From a virus (taxonomy: Duplodnaviria; Caudoviricetes), in IMG/VR virus record IMGVR_UViG_2565956830_000008, positions 20,953-84,952 of that record: a DNA stretch of 64,000 nt; one strand, written 5' to 3'. The notes under the pieces were generated by a model. The model was not told the origin of the DNA. It saw only the letters and a program-made list of their open reading frames with translations, and did no database searches. Positions 35,017 through 43,573 of the stretch are shown here, piece after piece. Numbering within the stretch: the first letter of the stretch is position 1; the number at the start of each line of letters is the position of its first letter. The translations under genes were made by a program, and so were the position numbers.

Positions 35017-36540
35017 TCAGACGGCGAGCTGCTGGGGGGCGCGGCGCGCGCGCTCAGCGGCGACGATCACCGCTGCGCGGGGCTCGTAGCAGGAGACGCA
35101 GAGGGACTCGTACCGCGGCTTCCTGCGCGTGCCTGTGTTCAGGCAGCGGGTCCGCTCGTGCCGCGGGGCGTTGCACTCGGTGTCGGTGCAGGCCGCCTTG
35201 CGGGGCTCCTGGTAGCCGATCGCCCGGTGGTGGTGCGCCTGCCAGGCCTCGAAGTCCATCGGCGAGAACCAGCCGTCGGTGTCGGCCAGGCCGTCGGACA
35301 CGTACCTGCCGTACGCGGCGCGCTCCTCGGCTTCGTCGCAGACATGGCCGGCCGCAGGCCAAGTGCCCGCCACGGCGGGGCTCGCCCCGAACAGGTCGAG
35401 CTGCTCGGGGGCCTCCGTGTTCGCGTCCAGCGGCGGCAGCTCCTCCGGCGGGTTGCAGCGCACCGACGGCAGCTCGGGCCTTGGCTGCGGATTCGCGGCG
35501 TCGGCGCGGAGCTCGGCGACCACGTCCGGGGCGAGGTGGTGTTCCGCGATCTCCTCCTCGGTGGGCACCCATCCGGCGGGCCGACGCCGGCCGAGGCGGT
35601 AGGTCATGCCCTGCACCCCCGCCCACACATCCGACAGCCGCTCGTCCCGCTCCTCCCACGCATGCAGCTCGTCCAGGACGGCGTAGAACCTGTCCCGGTC
35701 CGCGCGCCGCCGTGCTTCCTCCTCGCGGAGGGCTTTGGCACGCCGTACGGCTTCCTCGCCACCGATGAGCGGCTGGAGCCGGTCGAACAGCTCCTCCTTG
35801 CGGTTCTTGGGGACCGGCTTCGGCTGTACCCGCTTCCAGACCGTGACCGCGCGACGGCCGTCCGCAGTGACGTTCACGGGTCGCCGTCCGAGAACGTCGA
35901 GGGCGCCCACGACGACGAACCCGGCCTGCACGAGCGGCTTGAGGCGGTAGTCGGCGAGGCGCTGGCCAGCGCGCCCAGGCACGGGGACGTGCCGCAGCGA
36001 GCCGTCCGGGTCGATGCGGAGCTGGCCGGCCGCCGCACTGACCGCAAGCTCGGCCTGGCCCGGCGACCAGCCGAGGGCGAACGCCTGCGCTTCCTGGAGG
36101 CGCCGCTCCTTAGGGTCGAGGTCCTGCGGCGCGGCCGGGGTCGGCGGCGCGGCGACCGGCGGGGCGGCATCTTCGACCGGTTCCGGCTGCGCCGCTTCCT
36201 CGAGGACCGCCGGTGCGGCGGGCGGCGTCTCGCGGATGCGCTCGCCGGGCCCGTTGGAGACGTCGACCCAGGGCCGCGGTTTGTCGTCGCAGTACCGGAT
36301 GGACACGCGGACCGCCCAGCCGCCGTCTTCGCTGACCCAGCGCTCGACGTCGTCGGCGTGCTCGGCGATCGTCTCGTCGGCGTGCTGGGTGAGGGTTACG
36401 ACGTACGTGCAGATGCGCTCACCGTTGCGGTACTCGCCGGTGACGCGGAAGTCGCCGCCCCTCCCTTGGTCCAGGCCGAGGCGGCGAAGGGCTCGCGCGA
36501 TAGCGACGCTCGGGCTTGTGGCGGTGGACTGTGTGGCCAT
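35017..36540 (-). CDS. Hypothetical multi-domain protein (507 aa)
   Basis: Start MATQST with AGGAG RBS; C-terminal Cys/His motif; QLDLF. Confidence 0.75.
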   Translation of the reverse strand: MATQSTATSPSVAIARALRRLGLDQGRGGDFRVTGEYRNGERICTYVVTLTQHADETIAEHADDVERWVSEDGGWAVRVSIRYCDDKPRPWVDVSNGPGERIRETPPAAPAVLEEAAQPEPVEDAAPPVAAPPTPAAPQDLDPKERRLQEAQAFALGWSPGQAELAVSAAAGQLRIDPDGSLRHVPVPGRAGQRLADYRLKPLVQAGFVVVGALDVLGRRPVNVTADGRRAVTVWKRVQPKPVPKNRKEELFDRLQPLIGGEEAVRRAKALREEEARRRADRDRFYAVLDELHAWEERDERLSDVWAGVQGMTYRLGRRRPAGWVPTEEEIAEHHLAPDVVAELRADAANPQPRPELPSVRCNPPEELPPLDANTEAPEQLDLFGASPAVAGTWPAAGHVCDEAEERAAYGRYVSDGLADTDGWFSPMDFEAWQAHHHRAIGYQEPRKAACTDTECNAPRHERTRCLNTGTRRKPRYESLCVSCYEPRAAVIVAAERARRAPQQLAV

Positions 36541-36596
36541 CGGTCTTCTCCTCTCGGGAAGGTGACCGGCGGGGCCGGAGCCCCGCCGGGTGGTGG

Positions 36597-36881
36597 TCAG
36601 ATGCGGGCGGCGGCCAGAGCGGCGTCGACGATGCCGATCGTCTGACCCCAGGTGGCTTCGACGTCGGTGAGCTCGGTGCCGCCGTAGCCCTCGCTGCCGG
36701 TGATCCGCGCCCTGGTCGGCGTGGCCTGGCCGGCCTCGTCGGTGCCCATGCCGGGCAGGAGGACCGTCCAGGTCTGACCCTCGTGATTGACCTCGGTGAC
36801 CTTGCCGAGGTTCGTCTGAATCCACGTGGTGGAGGTGGCTGCGGCGGCGAACACGGCGGTGGTGGTGGTGGTGGCGTCCAT
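36597..36881 (-). CDS. Hypothetical protein (94 aa)
   Basis: First gene after R7, GGGAG RBS. Confidence 0.7.
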   Translation of the reverse strand: MDATTTTTAVFAAAATSTTWIQTNLGKVTEVNHEGQTWTVLLPGMGTDEAGQATPTRARITGSEGYGGTELTDVEATWGQTIGIVDAALAAARI

Positions 36882-36915
36882 GGCGGGCTCCCGTTCTCTG
36901 CTGGTTGGTGTGTTT

Positions 36916-37005
36916 TGAACTATTTTCATTCTTTCCGAAACGACTTGCCCTAGCCAGTTTTAACAAGCCGTTTCGGCAAAAGAACTTCTAAGAAACCGCA
37001 GGTCA
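36916..37005 (-). repeat. Repeat R7
   Basis: Same consensus; arms ccgaaacgacttg/caagccgtttcgg. Confidence 0.92.
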
Positions 37006-37024
37006 GGAGCCCATCAGGCGGTCG

Positions 37025-37216
37025 TCAGGCAGTGCGCCTCATGTCGATTTCCGGCCGCCGCAGCTCTTCGGTGACCTCCTCGACGGTCGGTCCGCCCTGC
37101 CAGGTGAGGGACGGCCTCACGTCCTGCGGCTCGCGCAGCACCCACCCGGCGTCCGGCCAGATCAGCCGCACCCGGTACAGGATCCGGTCGAGGGGCACCG
37201 GGCCCTTCGCGGTCAC
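37025..37216 (-). CDS. Hypothetical protein (63 aa)
   Basis: GTGA overlap with upstream stop. Confidence 0.5.
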   Translation of the reverse strand: MTAKGPVPLDRILYRVRLIWPDAGWVLREPQDVRPSLTWQGGPTVEEVTEELRRPEIDMRRTA

Positions 37217-37740
37217 TGGCCGAGCTCCGCATGACCGTTGAGGCCCGCCAGCCTGCGGACCATCGGCCAGGCGTCGGCCTCGTACTTGCTCACGACCCCG
37301 TCCACGTGGCCGTGCCGGTCCGGCAGGGCGTCGCCGTCCGCGTCGACGTGGCCGGTCACGGCCTCCTCGTACTCGTGGACCAGTTCGGCGGCCTGGTCCG
37401 CGAGGTCGTCGAGGTCGCGCTGCCGCTGATACTCGGTCCGCAGGTCGCTCCAGTGGATTCCCCGCTCGCCGTCCGGCAGGCCCTCGTGGGACTCGTCGGC
37501 GATGACGTAGCAGTCGATCGTCTCGTCGGCCACCATGTGCCAGGCGAGGGCCTTCACCCAGGCCTTCTCGGTGGAGCACTCGTCGACCACGTACGTGGTG
37601 GGCCGCGTGCCGTCGTAGCGCTCGGGTCCGGCGACGGTGACGGTGAACGGCCGAACGGTCTGCCGGTAGTCGAGGGGCAGGTTGCCGTACACGGGCTCGC
37701 CGCCGAAGCGCTCGGGGGTCTGGATGTCGTGCTGGCTCAT
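37213..37740 (-). CDS. Hypothetical protein
   Basis: 175 aa, protein-like composition. Confidence 0.75.
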   Translation of the reverse strand: MSQHDIQTPERFGGEPVYGNLPLDYRQTVRPFTVTVAGPERYDGTRPTTYVVDECSTEKAWVKALAWHMVADETIDCYVIADESHEGLPDGERGIHWSDLRTEYQRQRDLDDLADQAAELVHEYEEAVTGHVDADGDALPDRHGHVDGVVSKYEADAWPMVRRLAGLNGHAELGQ

Positions 37741-37768
37741 GCTCGTCGTCCTGTTCTGTGCGAGGTGG

Positions 37769-38650
37769 TCAGTCTGCGAGGTGCGCGCGGAGTGCTTCGC
37801 CGGCGGCCCTCACGCGCTCGGCGGTCCAGCCGGACCCGGACAGGGTCAGCCGGGCCCGCTCGTTCCTCGGACCGTCGACGGCGACGATCTTCACGCTCAT
37901 CGTCGCCACGTCGACGCCGAACCAGAGGTCGCCGACGGCCGGAGGCGTCATCTCCCGCGCCTGCCGCCAGTGGACCGGCACCCGTTCCTCGTCGGCGCCG
38001 TCCGGGCCGGGACATGCTTGGGAGATCGCGTTCAGCAGCTCGTCGCCGTGCGCGCAGTCGCCGTGGTGGTGGAGGAGGGCGACCCCGGTCCTGGCCACTC
38101 GGAAGGCGTGCCGGGTGAACGACGGCCAGGTCTTCGTGACGATGGAGCAGCCCCAGGCGGGGACGCGGGCTGTGCGTTCCAGCCAGAAGCCCTCACCGTG
38201 CTCGTCGATGTACGGGCGGCCGAGGTCCCAGCCGCGCACGCGGGCCATGGCGTCCCAGCCCAGTGGCGGCCGGTTGCGGTAGTCGCGGTCGTCGGGGCCG
38301 GTCGTCAGCCACAGGCGCCAGCCGTCCGGGCCGGTGAACATCGTGTCGGCCGCGAAGACCGGCTCGATGCGGACCAGGACCCGGGGGACGTTCACCGGAA
38401 TGACGGTCCACTGCTCGTCGACGGCCTGTCGCACCGGGCAGTCGTTGCAGTCACCGCGGTTGACGCAGGGCCCGAACCCTCCCCAGCGGGCCCGCCGGGT
38501 GTCGTGGGACTCCAGCAGCGACCCCCAGCGTCGGGGCCGCAGGGCGCACTGATTCGGCAGGCCGAAGTGAGCGTTGAGGCTCAGCCTGTTCCACCCCTTC
38601 CCGTCCGGTCCGCCGGCCGGGGCCTCGGGTGCACGCAGGAAGATCGGCAT
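37769..38650 (-). CDS. Hypothetical protein (293 aa, Cys/His-containing)
   Basis: Start MPIFLR, adjacent to upstream stop. Confidence 0.7.
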   Translation of the reverse strand: MPIFLRAPEAPAGGPDGKGWNRLSLNAHFGLPNQCALRPRRWGSLLESHDTRRARWGGFGPCVNRGDCNDCPVRQAVDEQWTVIPVNVPRVLVRIEPVFAADTMFTGPDGWRLWLTTGPDDRDYRNRPPLGWDAMARVRGWDLGRPYIDEHGEGFWLERTARVPAWGCSIVTKTWPSFTRHAFRVARTGVALLHHHGDCAHGDELLNAISQACPGPDGADEERVPVHWRQAREMTPPAVGDLWFGVDVATMSVKIVAVDGPRNERARLTLSGSGWTAERVRAAGEALRAHLAD

Positions 38651-38651
38651 C

Positions 38652-39302
38652 TCAGCTCTCTCCCTCTTCCCGGCTGAAGCGGCTGGCGTTCGCGACGAGC
38701 CAGCAGGCGAGGGACAGAGCGGTGGTCGCGCACTCCTCGGTGAGCGGCAGGCCCGGCCGCGCGACGAACAGCTCGTTGACGTACTCGCCGTCGGCCGCGT
38801 ACAGGGACGCCGCCCACGGCTCGTCGTGCTGCTCGGCGGGCCGACCCGCGTCCTCGCCGGAGTGCAGGAACACTCTGGGCCCGGTGTGGGCGGCGCCCTC
38901 GTCGGCTGTGCGGTTGGCGGCGACCAGGACGTAGGAGACCCCCCTGTCCTCGACGTAGAACGAGGGGATCCCGAACGTGGACAGGGCGGCGCGCAGCATC
39001 CCGCCCTCGGTGGGGCCGCCGGTGACTGCGGCGTCGATCGCCGCCTGGAACATGGCATCCAGCCCGGTGGTGAGACCGGCCGAGAAGAACACGGCCCGCA
39101 GCCCGTCCTCGTCATAGCCGGTGAGCGTGCGCATCACCCGCTCTGTGGTCTCCAGGTGGGCGGGGCACGTGGCGAGGCCCAGTCCGCTCGTGGCTTCGAC
39201 AGAGATGACGGCCTTGCCGTTGCTGCCGAGGATCTCGCAGGCGACGCACGGCATCTGCCACCAGCTCGGGAAGCTGTGCACGCGGGTATCGAACGTGATC
39301 AT
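38652..39302 (-). CDS. Hypothetical protein
   Basis: 216 aa, AGGAG RBS, N-terminal CxxC...CxxH. Confidence 0.75.
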   Translation of the reverse strand: MITFDTRVHSFPSWWQMPCVACEILGSNGKAVISVEATSGLGLATCPAHLETTERVMRTLTGYDEDGLRAVFFSAGLTTGLDAMFQAAIDAAVTGGPTEGGMLRAALSTFGIPSFYVEDRGVSYVLVAANRTADEGAAHTGPRVFLHSGEDAGRPAEQHDEPWAASLYAADGEYVNELFVARPGLPLTEECATTALSLACWLVANASRFSREEGES

Positions 39303-39331
39303 GCGGGGTCTCCTGTGTGGGTGCGGGCCGG

Positions 39332-39859
39332 TCAGAGCGTGGCGAGGTCGGCGGGCGCCTTGCCGCGGTTGCAGGGCCGGTTGTTGTCGACGGCGACGGC
39401 AGCGGCCAGGCGCTCGTGCTTGCGGTGCAGGGCGATCAGCCCGGTGAGGGCCGCGTTCAGGACCTCGTCGTCGCGGGAGTTGAGGTGCCCGTGCTCGATC
39501 AGGGCGATCCGGCGGGCGCGCAGGTCAGCGTCCTCGCGGGCGAGCTGCATGCTGACCGCGTTGAGCGGCTGCATCGTCGGCGTCTCGCCGGTGACCGGCG
39601 CGGTGGCGTAGCCGACGATCACCGCCGGGGTCATGAAGTCGTTCTGCGTGAGCAGCTCGGCCGCCTCGCGCAGGGCGTCCACGGCGGGCTGAGGGAGCTG
39701 GCCGGGCTCGTCGACCGGGTACGACTGGATGGCGATCGCGGCGTCCTCGATGGCCCCGGCGAGCGTCTCGATCATGTAGCGCTGCGGGTGGTGGGCCCTG
39801 CCGCGTACGACGGCGGCGAGGTGGTTGAGGCGGCGGGCGGTGGCGAGGTAGGCGGACAT
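39332..39859 (-). CDS. Hypothetical protein
   Basis: 175 aa, AAGGAG RBS. Confidence 0.75.
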   Translation of the reverse strand: MSAYLATARRLNHLAAVVRGRAHHPQRYMIETLAGAIEDAAIAIQSYPVDEPGQLPQPAVDALREAAELLTQNDFMTPAVIVGYATAPVTGETPTMQPLNAVSMQLAREDADLRARRIALIEHGHLNSRDDEVLNAALTGLIALHRKHERLAAAVAVDNNRPCNRGKAPADLATL

Positions 39860-39878
39860 CGGTGTGTCTCCTTCGTGA

Positions 39879-40220
39879 TCAGGCGGCGGCCACGTACTGC
39901 GCGGCCACGGCGTGGTAGCAGCGGACGGAGCGCAGGCCGGCCGGGCAGTTGCACTGGCCGGTGGCGGCGGTCCGGTAGACCTCCGTGCCGTCGTCGGCGA
40001 CGACGAGGAAGATCCGGTTCTGGCGGAGCGGGATGACGGCGCCGAGCTCCAGGAGTTCGAGGGCCTTGGCGACCTGCCATTTCGGGCTGGCCGTGTCGGT
40101 CCGCGCGTTGCGGCGGACCTTCAGGCGGCACTTCGGGCCGTAGCCGTCGGGCGACGGCTTGCGGAGCGGGCGGCGGCACTTCAGGCACCTGCCGTGCTCG
40201 GTGGCCTTCTTTGCGCGCAT
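39879..40220 (-). CDS. Zn-finger protein (DUF6011-like + SWIM-like)
   Basis: C..C.R.L......GYGP.C and CNCPA....CYH. Confidence 0.75.
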   Translation of the reverse strand: MRAKKATEHGRCLKCRRPLRKPSPDGYGPKCRLKVRRNARTDTASPKWQVAKALELLELGAVIPLRQNRIFLVVADDGTEVYRTAATGQCNCPAGLRSVRCYHAVAAQYVAAA

Positions 40221-40250
40221 GTCCCGCTCCCGTCTCGGTTGGTGGTGGTT

Positions 40251-40341
40251 TGAACTACTTTCATTCTTTCCAAATCGACTTGCCCTATCCAGTTTTAACA
40301 AGTCAATTCATTAAAGGTGGCGCAAAGAAAACCGCAGGTCA
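40251..40341 (-). repeat. Repeat R8
   Basis: Same consensus; arms aaatcgacttg/caagtcaattc. Confidence 0.9.
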
Positions 40342-40361
40342 CAGGCCTGCGGCTCCCTCGG

Positions 40362-40703
40362 CTACTGGTCGGCGGGCCGGGTGCACTCGTCATGTCGGTC
40401 GCAGTTGCAGCGCCCGCATGCGGCGCACATCTGGTCGGCTTCCAGCCCGCAGGCACCGCACCCTCCCGTCAGCTCCAGTTCGAGGTCGTCGAGGAAGATC
40501 TGCCGGTCGATCGCGGCTTGCTGGTGCGTCGTGCGGCGAAAGCGGCGGACAACGGTCCAGAACTCGTCCGGCGCGTTCGTGTGCTGGTCCTCGGCGAGGT
40601 AGGAGGCGGCAGCGCTCACGTCGCACCACTCGTGCGGGTCCACGCCGCACGCGGACAACGCCCGCTCGATCTCGCCTTTGAAGGTCTCGAAGCTCTGCGT
40701 CAC
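40362..40703 (-). CDS. Hypothetical protein with Cys-rich C-terminus
   Basis: 113 aa; CGAC..CAACGRCNC..H..C. Confidence 0.72.
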   Translation of the reverse strand: MTQSFETFKGEIERALSACGVDPHEWCDVSAAASYLAEDQHTNAPDEFWTVVRRFRRTTHQQAAIDRQIFLDDLELELTGGCGACGLEADQMCAACGRCNCDRHDECTRPADQ

Positions 40704-40736
40704 GTTCGCTCGGCCCTTTCGCGTCGTCTGTTCTGG

Positions 40737-41432
40737 TCAGGCGCCCGGGGTGGGAAGGACCCGCTCGACGGTCACGACGTCCCAGGCCGCGTTCGCGACG
40801 GGCACGGCGAACGCCCACTGGCCGCGGTAGGTGCGCCGCTGGTCGTCCTCGGTGGCTCCCTCGACGAGCGCCCACCATTCGCCCTGGCTGGTGGCCGGGT
40901 TGATCCGCACGCCGGTGTCGAGGACGGTCAGGCGGGTGCCGAAGGCGTGCAGGACGTCGGCGGACTCGACGAGCATGCGCGGGGTCTCGAAGGCGACGGG
41001 CAGGCCGGCCGTGATCCGGGCCGTCTGTGCGGCGGACGGGTCGGCGAGTTTGTAGCCCAGCTCGATCGCCACCTGCTCGGCCCGGTCGACGCTGGGGATG
41101 TAGTCGCCCTTGCAGTATTCGCGGGCCGGCTTGCCGAGCTTGCTGTACGCGTGGAAGGCGCCGAACTGCTCGGTGATCGCGACGGGCCATGCGACGACAA
41201 CGAAGCCGACGATGCGCTCGGACTCGACGACCACCACGTTCCCGTCGGCCACGTGCTCCCGGTCGACGGCCGCGCAGACGTCGGCGCTGCTCGCGAAGTG
41301 CCAGACCTTCGGCTTGGCCTCCTTGGCGGCGGCGCGCGCCGTGTCGACGGCTTCGATGAGCTGGCCGAGCTGGAAGGCAGCGGCGGCCTGCGGGTTTCCC
41401 TGGGCCAGGCGCTCCGCGTAGGTCTCACTCAT
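40737..41432 (-). CDS. Hypothetical protein (231 aa)
   Basis: First gene after R9; start MSETYA. Confidence 0.75.
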   Translation of the reverse strand: MSETYAERLAQGNPQAAAAFQLGQLIEAVDTARAAAKEAKPKVWHFASSADVCAAVDREHVADGNVVVVESERIVGFVVVAWPVAITEQFGAFHAYSKLGKPAREYCKGDYIPSVDRAEQVAIELGYKLADPSAAQTARITAGLPVAFETPRMLVESADVLHAFGTRLTVLDTGVRINPATSQGEWWALVEGATEDDQRRTYRGQWAFAVPVANAAWDVVTVERVLPTPGA

Positions 41433-41466
41433 GATCAGGCCCTCTCCTTCTGTCTGGGGCGGTTTG

Positions 41467-41550
41467 TGGTGCTGCTTCCATTCTTTCCAAATCAACTTGC
41501 CCTAGCCAGTTTTCACAACTGTATTCGGTAAAGTGATCGCAAAGGTTGAC
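41467..41550 (-). repeat. Repeat R9 (most upstream; lacks gcaggtca end)
   Basis: ccattctttccaaatcaacttgccctagccagttttcacaa. Confidence 0.88.
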
Positions 41551-41596
41551 CCGCTTCAACCGGTTTGCCCAAACCCTCTCGTGAAAGACTGGTGCC

Positions 41597-41884
41597 ATGC
41601 CCGAGCTCTTCAACCGGGGCGGCAAGCCGCTGCCCGAGTACAAGCCCAGCGACGCCGTCCTCGACGCCCTCGCCGCATGGAAGAAAGCCCTCGAAGAAGA
41701 GGAGAGGACGCGCCATGCGGCGCGCAAGGCGCTGGCCGATGAGCTGAAGGCTGACACCGATCTGCCGTACGCGTCCGTCGCCGCGCACCCGCTCGTGCCG
41801 TGGACCGAGGCGACCCTGCGCATCATCGGCACCGAGTACGGCGTCCCGCCCCGGCAGCCCAACAAGGCCAAGAAGCAGGACTAG
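41597..41884 (+). CDS. Small helical protein, possible DNA-binding regulator
   Basis: 95 aa, divergent from R9; long helix then HTH-like segment. Confidence 0.7.
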   Translation: MPELFNRGGKPLPEYKPSDAVLDALAAWKKALEEEERTRHAARKALADELKADTDLPYASVAAHPLVPWTEATLRIIGTEYGVPPRQPNKAKKQD

Positions 41885-41900
41885 CCCCGACAGCACGACG

Positions 41901-41932
41901 AGGGCCCCGCACCGGATCCGGTGCGGGGCCCT
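41901..41932. terminator. Probable bidirectional terminator between convergent genes
   Basis: agggccccgcaccggatccggtgcggggccct perfect palindrome. Confidence 0.8.
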
Positions 41933-41938
41933 TGCGCG

Positions 41939-42118
41939 TCAGCTCCGGTCGGCCTTCAACGCCACCGCCACTTCCTTGATCTTCTGGCTTGTCGACAACT
42001 CGGCGCGCACCGGGTTGTCACCCGGGACGCCGGCCTGGCGCGCGTCCTCTACGAACTGCGCCAGCTCGTCGAGGGTCATGTCCTTGTCGTCACCGTGGAA
42101 CGTCAGGGAGGCGGGCAT
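41939..42118 (-). CDS. Small hypothetical protein (59 aa, MPASLTFHG...)
   Basis: Read from sequence, below ORF-track cutoff. Confidence 0.6.
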   Translation of the reverse strand: MPASLTFHGDDKDMTLDELAQFVEDARQAGVPGDNPVRAELSTSQKIKEVAVALKADRS

Positions 42119-42122
42119 GAGC

Positions 42123-42899
42123 TCAGGATGCCTGATCCCCGAGGATGTTGAGGGCGTCTTCGGTGTGCTCCTCGAACGCCTCTTGCCTGGATCGTTCGAC
42201 GCGGTTCACGAGGTCCTGGAGCCTCTGCCGCTCGGCCTCCTCGTCGGCTGACCGATGCTGTGCCGCGGTTGCCTGAACGCGCCCCTGAACTCGCCACCGC
42301 ACGTGCGTACGCGCCGGGTTCTGTTCGTCCGGCACCGTCTCGAAGCCGTTGTTGCTGTTGTTGTTGCTGGTCAACGCCCCTGCAACAGGGGCGCCCTGGG
42401 CGGAAGGGGGGAGGGGCGGGAAGTCGCTTTTCTTGACGCCCGGGGATACGGCCACCTTCCGCCCCTTCATGCGCACTCCACCCGAGCGGGGGATGCCGGC
42501 GGCGTCGAGGGCCTGGCGTACGTGGTCGGCGGTGGTGTTGAGGTGCTCGGCGAGCGCGCTGGTGTGGGCGTGCGGGGCGCCGACGGCGTGCAGGGCGCGG
42601 GTGAGGCGGGCGCGGGTCAGCTCGTGTGCGGCAGCCTCGTCGTCGGGCTGTTCTTCGTCGTCCTCGTTGTCCTTGCGCCGCTTCTCAAGCCAGCTGCGCG
42701 CTTTCTGCCAGCCGAGGGTGCAGAGGATCCCGGCCACGAAGTACGCCACGTACGGGTACGCGGTGACAACTACCTTCAAGACCAGGAAAGCCACGCCGGT
42801 CAGGATCAGCACGACGACCCCGCCCGCGATCAGGTTTGACTCCCCTGTCTCCTCCCCCGCCTCTTTGCTGGTCTCTGGCTCCGTGGTCTCTTCGGCCAT
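42123..42899 (-). CDS. Membrane protein (2 TM) with HTH-like soluble part
   Basis: Hydrophobic N-terminal segments; coupled operon. Confidence 0.72.
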   Translation of the reverse strand: MAEETTEPETSKEAGEETGESNLIAGGVVVLILTGVAFLVLKVVVTAYPYVAYFVAGILCTLGWQKARSWLEKRRKDNEDDEEQPDDEAAAHELTRARLTRALHAVGAPHAHTSALAEHLNTTADHVRQALDAAGIPRSGGVRMKGRKVAVSPGVKKSDFPPLPPSAQGAPVAGALTSNNNSNNGFETVPDEQNPARTHVRWRVQGRVQATAAQHRSADEEAERQRLQDLVNRVERSRQEAFEEHTEDALNILGDQAS

Positions 42900-43408
42900 C
42901 AGATCGCCCCGTAGACCTTGTCGCCGAGCCAGTTCGCGGCCTGCGCGATCGGCGCCGCCGCGAACCCCGCCACGCCCGCGCTAGTGCCCAGGGTGATACC
43001 GCACCATGTGCCCCACTTCAGGTCGCGGCCGTACTTGGTGGACTTCTTTACCGCGGTGATCATCCCGGCGCTCAGGATCAGCACCACTCCCCCGCCGGTC
43101 TGCGACAGGGGCACGTAGGCGGCTCCGGAGCCATGCTGGCCGGACTGCCCGCCTACACCCCACACCAGGGCGACGTCGCCGAGCCAGTTCGTGATCCACA
43201 GGGTCGTGTCGGCGATCCAGCCGATGAGGCCGCCGACGCCAAGGGTGACCAGGCATCCGTACGTCCAGGCGGCGAGGAATGGCAGCAGGCGTCCGGCCTG
43301 TCGTAGCGGGTCGGAGCGGAGGGTTTTGAGGCCGGGCCACCACTGGACGAGGGTGGCGACGAGGATGCAGACGCCGACGGTGACGCCTCCGATGGTCACG
43401 TAGGTCAT
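42899..43408 (-). CDS. Multi-pass membrane protein
   Basis: 169 aa, ~4 hydrophobic segments. Confidence 0.78.
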   Translation of the reverse strand: MTYVTIGGVTVGVCILVATLVQWWPGLKTLRSDPLRQAGRLLPFLAAWTYGCLVTLGVGGLIGWIADTTLWITNWLGDVALVWGVGGQSGQHGSGAAYVPLSQTGGGVVLILSAGMITAVKKSTKYGRDLKWGTWCGITLGTSAGVAGFAAAPIAQAANWLGDKVYGAI

Positions 43409-43411
43409 GGC

Positions 43412-43573
43412 TTAGCGGCTCCAGATGGCCGTCACGTACAGGACGGCGATGGTGATGAGGGCGGCAGTGCAGGCGGCCGGGCCGAGGTACAGGCCGGGCG
43501 CGCGGCGCGGCGCGATGACGCAGAGGCCTGCCGCGCTGAGGAGCACAGCCAGGGGCCAGACGACGGCAGACAT
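43412..43573 (-). CDS. Small 2-TM protein (53 aa)
   Basis: TGATG overlap; MSAVVWPLAVLLSAAGLC... Confidence 0.6.
   Translation of the reverse strand: MSAVVWPLAVLLSAAGLCVIAPRRAPGLYLGPAACTAALITIAVLYVTAIWSR

Noticed and set aside
24780-41550. Repeats R1-R9 as a CRISPR array or classical integron
   Set aside because: Copies are ~90 bp and separated by 0.5-3.4 kb of genes; no cas genes, integron integrase or attC-type RYYYAAC/GTTRRRY ends seen
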